A stretch of 64,000 nucleotides of DNA from an uncultured Alphaproteobacteria bacterium (GCA_963812975.1 CAWEXK010000014.1:96310-160309); one strand, 5' to 3'; positions 26,360 through 36,839 are shown, counted from the stretch's first letter. Translations and numbers: made by a program. Notes: a model not told the origin generated them from the letters alone.

Positions 26360-26566
26360 ATGAGGGCCGACGATTTCTGCCATCTGGCGGCTGACCTGTT
26401 GGACGAGCATGGCCCAACAGTGGTGCAGCTCGCGCTCCGCGCATCTGCCGACTTCGCCTGCGACGGGGTGAACGACCGCGCCTTGTTCTGGTACGCGCTG
26501 TCGCTCTTCCTCGACGACATCGTCAGCTGCCGCCTCGACGCCGATCGCCCGCTGGTGCTCCACTAG
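26360..26566 (+). CDS. Small hypothetical protein (68 aa)
   Basis: GAGGAGG RBS 8 nt before the ATG; helical MRADDFCHLAADLLDEHG..PLVLH. Confidence 0.5.
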   Translation: MRADDFCHLAADLLDEHGPTVVQLALRASADFACDGVNDRALFWYALSLFLDDIVSCRLDADRPLVLH

Positions 26567-26592
26567 GACGACCCGAACAAACAAAATCAACA

Positions 26593-26620
26593 CTCATGCC
26601 GAGCCTGTCGAAGCATGAGG
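26593..26620. repeat. REP-like palindromic repeat (family B, copy 2)
   Basis: ctcatgc-cgagcctgtcgaa-gcatgag stem-loop; related copy at 1914-1937. Confidence 0.6.
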
Positions 26621-26694
26621 AGGCATTGCTACGGAACGGCTGGTGCCGTAACTGAACTGGGGCAAGCCGGAGCTTCGGTGAAGGAATATCGCCC

Positions 26695-27639
26695 ATGCCG
26701 CTTGATGCCACGCTGAAGATATTTCTCGATCAGCTTGACGCCCAGCCTGGTCCGAAGGCGTGGGAGCTCGAACCGCCGGAAGCGCGCCTACTGCTGGCAA
26801 CGCTGATGCAGCTCGTCGGTCCGCAGAACATTCCGATTGGCGCGGTCGACGAGTTGAGGGCGTCCGGTGCTGGTGGCGAGATGGCAGTGCGGTCGTACAC
26901 GCCGCTTGGTGCGGGCGCGGAAGCTCTACCGGCGCTGGTGTTCTATCACGGCGGCGGTTTCGTCATCGGCGATCTCGATACGCATGATGGGCTCTGTCGC
27001 ATCCTCGCCAATGAAAGCGGGGCGCGCGTCATTGCGGTCGACTACCGCCTCGCTCCCGAACACAAATTTCCGGCGGCGGCGGACGATGCCTATGCGGCGC
27101 TTCGCTGGGTCGCAGCGAACTGCGGGCGCCTCGGCATCGATGCGAACCGTCTGGCCGTCGGCGGCGATTCCGCGGGTGCCGCGCTTGCAACGGTTGTAGC
27201 GCGCACCGCGCGAGACGAGCGCGGCCCGAAGCTCGCTTTTCAGCTCCTCCTGTTTCCCGTGACCGATGTCGGCGCCGACACGCCTTCTCGCCGGGAATAT
27301 GTAGAAGGTTATTTTCTGGACAAACGCACGCTCGATTGGTTCTTTGCGAAATACCTCGAGAGCGGCACGGATCTGCGCGACCCGCGTCTGTCGCCGCTCC
27401 ACATACGCGATGCGCGCGGCCTGCCGCCGGCGTACCTGCTGACGGCGGGTTGCGATCCCCTGCATGACGAAGGGATTCAGTATGCCGAAAAGTTGCGCGC
27501 CGCGGGCGTGCCGGTAACGGTCATCGATTATCCCGACCTCGTGCACGACTTCATCTATCTCCACGGCATACTGCCGCAGGCGGGCGAAGCGTTGCGCGCC
27601 GCGGCCGCGGCCTTGAAGGCGGCACTCAGGGCGGAATGA
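26695..27639 (+). CDS. Hormone-sensitive-lipase family alpha/beta hydrolase (esterase)
   Basis: HGGGFV, DYRLAPEHKFP, GDSAG, DPLHDEG, LVHDF. Confidence 0.93.
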   Translation: MPLDATLKIFLDQLDAQPGPKAWELEPPEARLLLATLMQLVGPQNIPIGAVDELRASGAGGEMAVRSYTPLGAGAEALPALVFYHGGGFVIGDLDTHDGLCRILANESGARVIAVDYRLAPEHKFPAAADDAYAALRWVAANCGRLGIDANRLAVGGDSAGAALATVVARTARDERGPKLAFQLLLFPVTDVGADTPSRREYVEGYFLDKRTLDWFFAKYLESGTDLRDPRLSPLHIRDARGLPPAYLLTAGCDPLHDEGIQYAEKLRAAGVPVTVIDYPDLVHDFIYLHGILPQAGEALRAAAAALKAALRAE

Positions 27640-29331
27640 GCTTTCCCGGATTGAGAATCCCGGCAGGATCGAGGGTACGCTTGATGGCGCGCAGAATTTC
27701 GAGACCGAGCGCGCCTTTCTCGGCAGCCATCCAGGGCAAATGATCCTGGCCTATGCCGTGATGATGGCTGATCGTTCCACCATTCTCGACGATTGCGTTC
27801 GAGGCGGCCTGCTTGAGTGCCCGCCACTGCGCGATTTCGTCATCGAGCGCCCGCGGAAAGATGCAGGTGAAATAAAGGCTCGCGCCGTCCTTGTAGGAAT
27901 GGCTCACATGGCACAGCACGATCGCGCGCGCCTCGGGATAGGGCGTGCTGTCGCGCACCGCGGTATCGAGGGCCGCGCGCACGGCCATGTGGAGTGCGCC
28001 GAGCTTCGACCAGCTTGCGGCTGTTTCGAACGTATCGACGCCCAGGCCTCGATCGAGCATCGCATCGCGCAGGTAGGGCGCCTGAAATCTGCCGGCTCTC
28101 CAGCGTCTGCCCGGTCCACGGCCAAGGGAGAGCGCGCCGCACCCGGTGGCGAGCGTGCCGAAGCGATGGCGCGCCGAAGCGGTTTCAGCCTCGGCGCCTT
28201 CGAAGCTTGCGATGAGAGCGGCAGCACGATCGGTCATGCCGCGGCTGGCGAGATAGAATTGCCCAAGGCTCCGCCTGAGGCGCGCCGGCCTTTCGACTGC
28301 AGACAGAGTGCGATAGAAGCGCGTTTCCGCCGCGTCCGACAAGCGCAGCATCGCGACCGGAATTCAGCCTGCATCGCCCGGCGGATGGCCGCGATGCCGC
28401 TTTCGAAATCGGGGAATAGCCAGGCGCGATCGTCCGTCACCTCCGGCCGGGCACGCACGTAAAACGTCGCCTCGGTGATGACGCCGAACACGCCTTCCGA
28501 ACCGGCGACAAGATCGATGAGGCGGGGCCCCGCTGCCGAGGCGGGGAAAATATCGGTGCGGAACATTCCGCGTGGCGTGGCGAGTTCGGCCGCGATCAGC
28601 CAGTCCTCCGCCCTGCCATAACGATTCGATAGCTGCCCGGCGCCGCGATGCGCAATCCAGCCGCCGAGCGTGGAGAATTCGAACGATTGCGGAGTGTGAC
28701 CGAGCGTGACGCCTTTTTCGCTGAGCGCGTGCTCGAGCGCCGGACCAAAGATGCCGGCTTCGGCCCGCGCCGTTCCGGCTTGCGGATCGATGTTCAGCAC
28801 GCGATCCATTCCGGAGAGATGAAGTGTTGCCACCGCAGCGAATCCCGGAGCGCTTGCATCGACTCCGCCAACCACGCTCGTGCCACCGCCATAGGGGACA
28901 ATGGCCATTCCGGAATCGACGGCGATTTGCAGGATGGACAGCACGTCTTGCGCTGCCCGGGGATACAGCACGACGTCGGGCGGCGCGGAAATCAGTCCGG
29001 CGCGCAGGTAGAGCAGATCGTGGTAACTCTTGCCCCGCGCATGGCCTGCGCGGGCTTCGAGGTCGTGGCGGACGCGCCCCGGACCGAGGAGCGTATCGAA
29101 TCGCGCGCGCTCGGACGCGGCAAGACGCGATGGCGGAAGTACGATCTCGTCGAGCGCACGCGCCGACGTGGCAGGAAGGCACGGCATCCCCGCTTGCCCT
29201 GCGAGCCAGCGCCAGACTTCGTCGCGAGGCTCCTCGCGGCGTGCCGTCCAGCCCCAGCCGTTCCATCGCATTTTGCCGTTATTCGATACTCGTTCCCCAA
29301 GAGTAGCGTGGCCCCGCAAGTGCACGCGCAT
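27626..29331 (-). CDS. Alkyl-dihydroxyacetonephosphate synthase-like FAD oxidoreductase (frameshift near 28360; alternative start 29271)
   Basis: MRWNGWG, PYGGGTSVVGG, GHTPQSFEFSTLGGW..RGAGQLSNRYG, CHVSHSY.DGASLYF, ISHHHGIG. Confidence 0.85.
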
Positions 29332-29344
29332 CGCGCCAGGATTT

Positions 29345-30283
29345 TCAGCAGCGCAGGTTGAGTGCGCGGGGAAGAAGCTCGAAAGTCGCCGGCAACCGCC
29401 CCGCGCATTCGCCGTCGAGCTCGATGAGGACAGGACGGCCCCGCGTCTCCGCCACGGGCGCGGCCATGACCCTGCGACCGCGCAGAACGCGCACCGAGGG
29501 ATTCTTCAGATGTTCGCCTGTGTAGATCTGACCCATATCGGCCAATGCCCGGCTTCGCGGGGTTCCGCCCATGACGATGACGTCGAACAGCCCATCGTCG
29601 GGAATGGCCTGCGGCGCTACCCGCATGCCGCCGCCGAAGAATTGTCCGTTGGCGACCGCGACGGTCGAAATGGCGGTAATCTCGTCGAAGTCGCCGTCGA
29701 CGCGGAGACGGATGGTGCGGTCGCGGTAGGTGAGCATCGCACGGGCACTATGAAAGGCGAACGCGAAGCACCCGCCAAACAGTCTGGCGATGCGCGCACG
29801 GTTGACAGAATTCACAACCGCGCCTGAAAGCCCGAACGAGCCGATATTGGCGAAATAGCGCACGGTGCTTTGGCCCCCCAGCGTCAGGCAGGAGACGCGT
29901 CCCACGTCGATGCGGTGCACCGGCGCCTGCTTCAGTCGCGCGATCGCCGCCGCATAGCCCGCCGCTAGACCGAACGTCTTGCGGAAATCACCTCCGGTGC
30001 CGCTGGTGACGAAGCCGAACACCGCATCGGGCGCGATCGGGCCGTCGGCATCGAAGAGTCCGTTGACCGCCTCGTTGATGGTGCCGTCGCCACCTACCGC
30101 CACGATTTCGTGGTGGCCTTCGTTCAGCGCGTGTCTGACGAGAGAGGTTGCATCGCCACGCGCCTGGGTCATGGCGAGGCGCATGTGGGGATAGGCGGCG
30201 CGCAGCGCGCGTTCGATTTGCGGCCATTCGCGCGCCGTGCGCCCGCCGGCGGAACGTGGATTGACGACGACAAATCCGGTCAC
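29345..30283 (-). CDS. Diacylglycerol kinase family (YegS/DgkB-like) lipid kinase
   Basis: VVNPRSAGG, GGDGTINE, GTGGDF, NGQFFGGG, ELDGE. Confidence 0.92.
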   Translation of the reverse strand: MTGFVVVNPRSAGGRTAREWPQIERALRAAYPHMRLAMTQARGDATSLVRHALNEGHHEIVAVGGDGTINEAVNGLFDADGPIAPDAVFGFVTSGTGGDFRKTFGLAAGYAAAIARLKQAPVHRIDVGRVSCLTLGGQSTVRYFANIGSFGLSGAVVNSVNRARIARLFGGCFAFAFHSARAMLTYRDRTIRLRVDGDFDEITAISTVAVANGQFFGGGMRVAPQAIPDDGLFDVIVMGGTPRSRALADMGQIYTGEHLKNPSVRVLRGRRVMAAPVAETRGRPVLIELDGECAGRLPATFELLPRALNLRC

Positions 30284-31908
30284 GCCTGGCTCCTCGAGCC
30301 GCCGCAGGTAGCTGCGATGGATTCGATTTCAGCACGCCGGCGCGCGTCGTTCCACCGGCATTCCGCGGCCATGATTGTCGCAGCCTCATCGATGGCGCGC
30401 ACACCTGGGTTGCCTTCCTGGCCGATGCCCGTGCGCCGCATCACCACGTCTTCCAGGGTCAACGCCATTTCTTCGCGGATCGCAAGCAGGATTTGCGCGC
30501 CGATGTCGCCGCTCGCAGACAGCGCGTCGCAAAGTCCGGGACGCTCCTGGATTATCGCCAGCAGCCTGGGAAGGCGCGAGCCGTAGAGGCGGGCAAGGTG
30601 GTCGGCGTTGGGCAACCGAGCGTTTTTCATCTGCGTGCCGCGCAGAAAATCGGATACCCGTTCGACGGCCCCGCCCGGAAGGCGTCGCGCCGCGGTCAGG
30701 CAGGCGGCGGCGCGGCGACCGAGCTTTCGAGCGGCCGTATCGACGGTTTTCTCTGCCAGCGCGCGCGACGTCGTCCATTTTCCTCCGATGGCCGACAGCA
30801 AAGCGCCAACTCCGTTCTCCTTGTCATGATCGATGAGTTCCGCGCGGCGGCTGGCGGCATAGGTGCTGCGTGCGCCGTCGTCCACCAGCGGCCGCAGGCC
30901 TGCATAGGAATATTGCACGCATCTGCGGTCGAGCGCCGCTGCGGGCAGATGCGCATTGACCACGCCCAGAAACACGTCGATCTCGGCCCCGGTCACGCCG
31001 ACCACATCGGGATTGCCTTCGAAAGCGGTGTCGGTGGTGCCGAGCAGCGTATGTTTGCGCCACGGCAGCGCGAAGAAATGTCCGCCGTTCGCGGCCATGG
31101 TAAGCGCGTGGCTGCACGTGAGGGGCGGCACCAGAAGGTGGATTCCTTTGGAGCGCCGCAAGGCATGCATGGGCCGGCCCAGAGCTTGCGCGAGAAACAA
31201 ATCCGCCCATGGACCCACGGCGACGATCGTCAGTCTTGCGCGCACGTCAAATGCCGCACCGGATTGCATGTCTCTGACACGTGCGCCCTCTACGGTGGCG
31301 TTGCGCAGCAGCAGAGCGCCCGCTTCGAGATGATTGGCGGTCACCGCGCCATTCTCTGCCGCGTCCAGCACGCATTCGAGCGCGAGCCGTTCGGGCGAAT
31401 ACATCTGTGCATCGAAATAGCGAAACGCGCCGTCGAATCGGAGTGAGTCCAGACCCGGCTCGAAGGCAAGCACCACGCGCGCATCGAGCCATTCATGGCC
31501 GGCCAGGCGTTGGCTGGGGTCGTCCAGCCGCCCGCGGTCGAAGGATAGAAGATCGTACAGCGCGAGACCTGCGCCCAGCACGGCACGACCGCGCAAGCCC
31601 GCATCGCGGACCGGCAGTAGAAATGGCAACGGCCGCACCAAATGCGGCGCGATACGCAGCCAGATGCGACGTTCCCTGAGCGATTCGCGTACCAGGCCCA
31701 GCTCCAGATTGCGCAGGTAGCGCAGGCCGCCATGAATGAGCTTGGAATTGTGGGCGCTCGTCGCGTGCGCGAAATCGTTGCGCTCGATCAGCGCGACGGA
31801 AAAGCCGCGCAGTGCAGCGTCACGTGCGATTGCAGCGCCGGTAATTCCGCCGCCGACGACAAGCACGTCGAATGTTTCGTTGGCCAGCCGGTTCAGCTCG
31901 CGGCGCAT
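30280..31908 (-). CDS. FAD-dependent glycerol-3-phosphate dehydrogenase/oxidase family protein
   Basis: VVGGGITG..ARDAALRG, SKLIHGGLRYL, GTTD, YAGLRPL, GGKWTT.R. Confidence 0.9.
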   Translation of the reverse strand: MRRELNRLANETFDVLVVGGGITGAAIARDAALRGFSVALIERNDFAHATSAHNSKLIHGGLRYLRNLELGLVRESLRERRIWLRIAPHLVRPLPFLLPVRDAGLRGRAVLGAGLALYDLLSFDRGRLDDPSQRLAGHEWLDARVVLAFEPGLDSLRFDGAFRYFDAQMYSPERLALECVLDAAENGAVTANHLEAGALLLRNATVEGARVRDMQSGAAFDVRARLTIVAVGPWADLFLAQALGRPMHALRRSKGIHLLVPPLTCSHALTMAANGGHFFALPWRKHTLLGTTDTAFEGNPDVVGVTGAEIDVFLGVVNAHLPAAALDRRCVQYSYAGLRPLVDDGARSTYAASRRAELIDHDKENGVGALLSAIGGKWTTSRALAEKTVDTAARKLGRRAAACLTAARRLPGGAVERVSDFLRGTQMKNARLPNADHLARLYGSRLPRLLAIIQERPGLCDALSASGDIGAQILLAIREEMALTLEDVVMRRTGIGQEGNPGVRAIDEAATIMAAECRWNDARRRAEIESIAATCGGSRSQA

Positions 31909-31987
31909 GACGTGCCAGCCTCACTGTTCACTCGTCACACGCCGGCGCCGGCGCGAAGAGAGAGCGGGATCTTATCGTTATTTTTCG

Positions 31988-33368
31988 CTACAGCTCGAAC
32001 ACTTTGCCGGGATTGAGTATGTTGTGGGGATCGAGCGCGCGCTTCAGCTGGCGCATCAGCGCGATTTCCCCCTGCGACCGCGACGAGGATAGATAGCGGC
32101 GCTTCTCGAGGCCGATACCGTGCTCGGCCGATACCGAGCCCGAGCGTCCTTCGAGCAAACCGTAAATGACTCCTTCGACCGCGCGGCGCGTGTCGGGACC
32201 TCCTTCTCCGACACCTACGATCAGATGCAGATTGCAATCGCCAAGATGACCAAAAACCATCAGCGTCATCCTGGCGGCCCATTGCGCTTGCAATCGCGCG
32301 CGGACCGCTTCGACATAGCTCTCCATCCCGACAATCGGAAGGCTGACATCGAAGGTGAAAATCGGCCAGTTGCGCATGCATTGTCCCACGTCGTCGCGCA
32401 GCGACCAGATGGCGCTTCGTTCCGCCTCCGATTTGGCGATCACCGCGTCCGCGATCATGCCCAGCTCGAGCGCTTCGCCAAGGACGCGTTCGAATTGCGC
32501 CATGTCGGCATTCTCGTCGCTGCCGAGCTGCTCGATCAGCACGTAATAGGGATGCCCATAGGCTAGCGGGGCATGTCCTTTCGCGGGCGCCGTCGTCACG
32601 AGCTGGTAGAAATCCTCCCACATCACTTCAAATGCCGAGAGGCAGCCCGAGAGGCCGCGTTCGACATGGCGAAGGAGGCGGGGAAGTGACGCAAACTCGT
32701 CCACGGCGGCAAGAGCCACCGCATTGCTGCCGGGTTTTGGGCGCAGGCGCAGCACGGCGCGCGTGACAATCCCGAGCGTGCCTTCGGTACCGATGAAGAG
32801 CTGCTTCAGGTCATAGCCTGCGTTGTTCTTGAGCAGCCGGTTGAGCGAGGTGAGCACCGTGCCATCGGCGAGCACCGCCTCGAGCCCAAGCACCATCTCG
32901 CGCGCCATGCCGTAGCGGATGACGCGATTGCCGCCGGCATTGGTCGAGATATTGCCTCCAATCGTCGCCGAACCGCGCGCGCCCAGATCGAGCGGGAAAA
33001 ACAAGCCCTGCGAATCTGCGGCTTCGGTCACGTTCTGCAGAATGCAGCCGGCTTCGACTGTCATGGTGGCGCCGGCCACGTCAATCGAACTCGATGCGAT
33101 TCATCCGCTCCAGCGAGAGCGCGAATGTGCCGTCGGCATTCGCTCCTTCGACGAGCCCCGTCTTGCCGCCCCACGGCACAATCGACTGTCCTGCTGCGTG
33201 GCACAGGCGCAGAACGTGCGAGACATCGGCGGTCGACGACGGCCGCAATACCGCGCGTGGCGTACCAAGCCGACTCCAGTTGCTGCGCGCTGCCTCCGCC
33301 GCGCGCTCGCCGTCCAGGACGCCCGCGTCGCCCAGAACCGATTTCAGTTCATCGAGGATGTCGCCCAT
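31988..33368 (-). CDS. FAD-linked oxidase, D-2-hydroxyacid dehydrogenase/GlcD-like (1-nt indel near 33085)
   Basis: PWGGKTGLVEG, GGNISTNAGG, LKNNAGYDLKQLFIGTEG, FGHLGD.NLH, SAEHGIG, LDPHNILNPGK. Confidence 0.88.
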
Positions 33369-34913
33369 CTAAAGCACAACCTCGATCAGGCGTGGTCCAC
33401 GCATTTTCATCGCGTCGGCAAAGGCGGAGGCGAAATCGGCGACGGATTCCGCGCGCGACGCTTCCATGCCCATTCCGCGTGCGAGGCTCGGCCAATCAAG
33501 CGTGGGATTGTGCAGATCGAGCATCGAAAGAGCTTTGGGGCCGGGATTTTCGGCGCCGACCCGCATCAACTCGATGTTCAGGATGTAGTAGGACCGGTTG
33601 GCAAAGATGACGGTGGTCACGTCGAGCTTTTCGCGCACCTGGGTCCACAACGCCTGCAGCGTGTACATCGCGCCGCCATCGCCCTGCAGGCAGATCACCT
33701 TGCGGTCGGGGCAGGCGAGGGCGGCGCCGGTTGCGAGGGGAACGCCAAGCCCGATCGAACCTCCGGTGAGCGAAAGCAGATCGTGTGGCGCTGCATTGGC
33801 GGAATAGACGGCGGTGCCCAAACCGGATGTTGCCGCTTCGTCGGAAATGATTGCGCCTTCGGGAAGAAAATGACCGATCACCTGTCCCGCCGTATAGGCG
33901 TTCAACCGGCCGTTCGGCAGCTCCGGCCTTTGCAGCGCTGCGCGCCCCGCCGGTTCGTTCGGTGCGCCTGTCGCATCGGCCACAGCTTCGAGAGCGGCGA
34001 TTCCGTCCTCGTGCGCGTGGGCAAGGTGGAGGATGCGACAATCGTCCGGCACGCACCAGCTGGGTTTGCCAGGATAGGCGAAGAACGAAACAGGCGGTCT
34101 GGCCCCGACAAGGATGAGATTTTCAAATCCTTTCAGAAACTCGACGATCTGTTCCGCGAAATAAGGAATGCGTTCCACCGCGACGAGTCCCGCACCTCGC
34201 TCGAGCCGCGGCGCGAACGTGTCGCAAAGGAGCCGGGCGCCTGATTTGGCCGCAATGCGGCCGGCCGCTTCCAGACCCCGCCTTCGCAGGCCCGCGCCCC
34301 GGATCAGAATCGCGGTCTTGCGTCCTTCGCTCAGCGCGCGCGCGACGTCATCGATCGCCACCTGCGCAACTGGCGCAGGTTCCTGCACGGCAAGCGGCGG
34401 AGCAGGGCGTTCCGCCTCCAGCCACGCAGTATCGGCCGGCAGGATCAATGTCGCGATCTGTCCCGGCGCCTGCCGTGCCGCCTGCACGGCGCAGGCGCCG
34501 TCGCTGGCCACCGTGGCCGCGCTTGTGCTGGATCGAATCCACGCCGATACCGGGCGCGCAAATCCGGCAACGTCGGAGGCAAGCGGCGGATCGAATTGCG
34601 CGTGATACGTCGCGTGGTCGCCAACGATGTTGACGATCGGCGTCGCGGCGCGACGCGCATTGTGCAGATTGGCGAGGCCATTGGCCAAGCCAGGGCCCAG
34701 ATGCAGGAGCGTGGCGGCGGGTTTCCCGGCCATGCGGCCATAGCCGTCGGCCGCTCCCGTCGCGACGCCTTCGAACAACGCGAGCACCGCGCGCATACCC
34801 TCCACGCGGTCGAGCGCGGCCACGAAGTGCATCTCCGAGGTGCCGGGATTTGCGAAGCACACCTCCACTCCGCTGCTCACCAGCGTTCTGACCAGGCTTT
34901 CCGCGCCGTTCAT
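33369..34913 (-). CDS. Thiamine-diphosphate enzyme, acetolactate synthase large subunit-like
   Basis: MNGAESLV..FANPGTSEMHFV, LFEGVATGAADGY, GDGGAMY..NRSY. Confidence 0.9.
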   Translation of the reverse strand: MNGAESLVRTLVSSGVEVCFANPGTSEMHFVAALDRVEGMRAVLALFEGVATGAADGYGRMAGKPAATLLHLGPGLANGLANLHNARRAATPIVNIVGDHATYHAQFDPPLASDVAGFARPVSAWIRSSTSAATVASDGACAVQAARQAPGQIATLILPADTAWLEAERPAPPLAVQEPAPVAQVAIDDVARALSEGRKTAILIRGAGLRRRGLEAAGRIAAKSGARLLCDTFAPRLERGAGLVAVERIPYFAEQIVEFLKGFENLILVGARPPVSFFAYPGKPSWCVPDDCRILHLAHAHEDGIAALEAVADATGAPNEPAGRAALQRPELPNGRLNAYTAGQVIGHFLPEGAIISDEAATSGLGTAVYSANAAPHDLLSLTGGSIGLGVPLATGAALACPDRKVICLQGDGGAMYTLQALWTQVREKLDVTTVIFANRSYYILNIELMRVGAENPGPKALSMLDLHNPTLDWPSLARGMGMEASRAESVADFASAFADAMKMRGPRLIEVVL

Positions 34914-35087
34914 ATCGCCCTCACCGCGAGGCATCTTAGCCCCGCAGAGCGTGTTGCCTAGAGCGGAACTGGAGGGCGGTTCAGTCGGCCCTCACGGTAG
35001 GGGAGCAAACGGTGTAAGCTGTGGGCGAAGGGTGCGCACGCGACACCGTCTTCGAGACGCTACGCGTGTTTTCGAGGAGATAACGCG

Positions 35088-35876
35088 ATGTCCAGTGTCA
35101 CTCAACTGGAGTCCGATACCGCCCTTCCGCGCATTCGGCGCATCGGTTTGTCCGATGTGCGCCTGGCGCTCGACGGAGGCGTCGCCGATTTTCGCGAGCT
35201 GCCGAGTCACGCGGTCTTTCTGTGCCTCCTGTACCCGCTCGTCGGCCTTTTTGTGGGCGGTTTGCTGTTTCAATACGACGTGGTGCCGCTTCTGTTTCCA
35301 CTGGTGGCCGGCTTTGCGCTGGTGGGTCCCTTCGCCGCCGTCGGCCTCTACGAATTGAGCCGGCGGCTCGAGCTTGGCCTCGACAGTTCCTGGGCCCACG
35401 CCTTCGATGTTCTTCGCTCGCCGGCGAAATGGTCCGTGTTCGCGCTCGGGGTACTTCTGCTGGCGATTTTTGTCGCGTGGCTGATTACTGCGCGGTGGCT
35501 TTATGCGGAAACGCTCGGGCCTCTGGCGCCGCACTCGGTCGGCGGCTTCCTGCGCGATCTCTTCTCCACACGTGCCGGCTGGACGATGATCGTGTGGGGC
35601 AATTTGATCGGACTTGTCTTCGCCGTCGTGGCGATGAGCGTCAGCGTTGTATCCTTCCCGCTCCTTCTGGACCGCCATGTGGGCGCGGCCGTCGCGATGC
35701 TCACTTCCGTGCGCGCGGTGCTCGAAAATCCCGTTCCGATGATCGCCTGGGGCCTGATCGTCGCGGCGGCGCTGTTCGTCGGCTCCGTGCCATTTCTGCT
35801 GGGCCTCGCGATCGTCATGCCGGTCCTCGGCCACGCCACGTGGCATCTCTATCGGCGCGTCATCGCGACAGAATAA
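35088..35876 (+). CDS. DUF2189 family membrane protein
   Basis: FPLVAGFALVGPFAAVGLYELSRR, PVLGHATWHLYRR. Confidence 0.88.
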   Translation: MSSVTQLESDTALPRIRRIGLSDVRLALDGGVADFRELPSHAVFLCLLYPLVGLFVGGLLFQYDVVPLLFPLVAGFALVGPFAAVGLYELSRRLELGLDSSWAHAFDVLRSPAKWSVFALGVLLLAIFVAWLITARWLYAETLGPLAPHSVGGFLRDLFSTRAGWTMIVWGNLIGLVFAVVAMSVSVVSFPLLLDRHVGAAVAMLTSVRAVLENPVPMIAWGLIVAAALFVGSVPFLLGLAIVMPVLGHATWHLYRRVIATE

Positions 35877-35960
35877 CCTTCCACGGTTCCGTTGGGGCGG
35901 CAGCGGGTCTATGCTCTCAATCGCCGGGGAACTGCTTCTCAATGCCGGCACGGAGGAACT

Positions 35961-36185
35961 ATGGCCAAGTCAAAATCCGGTGGCGCGGTCTATCGTGTCA
36001 CCGAAATAATCGGGACCAGCGCAATTTCGTGGGAAGATGCCGCAAAGAATGCCGTCGAGACCGCGGCGAGTTCGTTGCGCGATCTGCGCGTGGCGGAGAT
36101 CGAAAAGCTGGATCTGAAGGTCGAAGACGGAAAAGTCGTCGCCTATCGTGCGCGCGTTTCGCTCTCGTTCAAATACGAAGCCTGA
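35961..36185 (+). CDS. Dodecin family flavin-binding protein
   Basis: GGAGG RBS; VYRVTEIIGTS..SWEDAAKNAV..YRARVSLSFKYE. Confidence 0.88.
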   Translation: MAKSKSGGAVYRVTEIIGTSAISWEDAAKNAVETAASSLRDLRVAEIEKLDLKVEDGKVVAYRARVSLSFKYEA

Positions 36186-36198
36186 TCGTCTCGAAATG

Positions 36199-36226
36199 TG
36201 AAGGGCGGCGCGGACGCCGCCCTTCA
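36199..36226. terminator. Probable bidirectional terminator between convergent genes
   Basis: Perfect 12-bp stem tgaagggcggcg-cgga-cgccgcccttca. Confidence 0.7.
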
Positions 36227-36237
36227 ATTCGTCCCGG

Positions 36238-36789
36238 TCAGAGTGGAAGAACGCCGACGATTTCCATCGTGTCGGGGGCGACGACGACGATCTCGTCTCC
36301 ATAGGTGAAGAACAGATCGCCGCTCCACGCGGGGTAGATCGCGAGGATCGGCTGCGGCACGGCGACGAGGCGCACGGTCCGCGGAACCACGGCGCCAACG
36401 CCGATACGGAAACTCACATGCGTCAGCCGCGGGCCGGTACGAAGCACCGTCTCCCGCAGATTGGTTCGCTCTTCCACGGTGAGCGGATGCACGCCCGCGC
36501 CGCGCACTTCTCCCCCACGCAGCATTTCGCCGCCTTGAAGCTGGGTGCGATCCCTGTCGCCCTGGAGCTGGGTCGGTTCCTTTTGCGCCGTGCCCGGTTG
36601 CGTGTCGCGCGGACCGGCATTGTCCGGGTGCATTTGGTCGCTGGGCTGGGCGCGCTGGTTCTGGTCGTTGGGCTGAGCGCGCTGGTTCTGGTCGCTGGGC
36701 GGCCCGCCTGCGGGATAGCCTTGGGCCGAGACCGCGACGGTGCCAGAAAGAAGCGCTGCTGTGGCAAGCGCCAAGAGAGGCAATTTCAT
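36238..36789 (-). CDS. DUF1236 family secreted protein
   Basis: Signal peptide, Q/P-rich linker, C-terminal VGAVVPRTVRL..VP..IYPAW..YGDEIVVVAPDTMEIV. Confidence 0.75.
   Translation of the reverse strand: MKLPLLALATAALLSGTVAVSAQGYPAGGPPSDQNQRAQPNDQNQRAQPSDQMHPDNAGPRDTQPGTAQKEPTQLQGDRDRTQLQGGEMLRGGEVRGAGVHPLTVEERTNLRETVLRTGPRLTHVSFRIGVGAVVPRTVRLVAVPQPILAIYPAWSGDLFFTYGDEIVVVAPDTMEIVGVLPL
36635..36700. repeat. 27-bp intragenic tandem repeat (about 2.4 copies) encoding P(S/N)DQNQRAQ
   Basis: tggtcgctgggctgggcgcgctggttc / tggtcgttgggctgagcgcgctggttc / tggtcgctgggc. Confidence 0.8.
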
Positions 36790-36839
36790 GATGATCTCCT
36801 GATTGGCCCGCAGCATCGACCACGATCGGTCCCTACCAG

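Noticed and set aside
36635-36700. 27-bp repeats as a mini CRISPR array
   Set aside because: Directly tandem, no spacers, in frame within a coding linker, and no cas genes.
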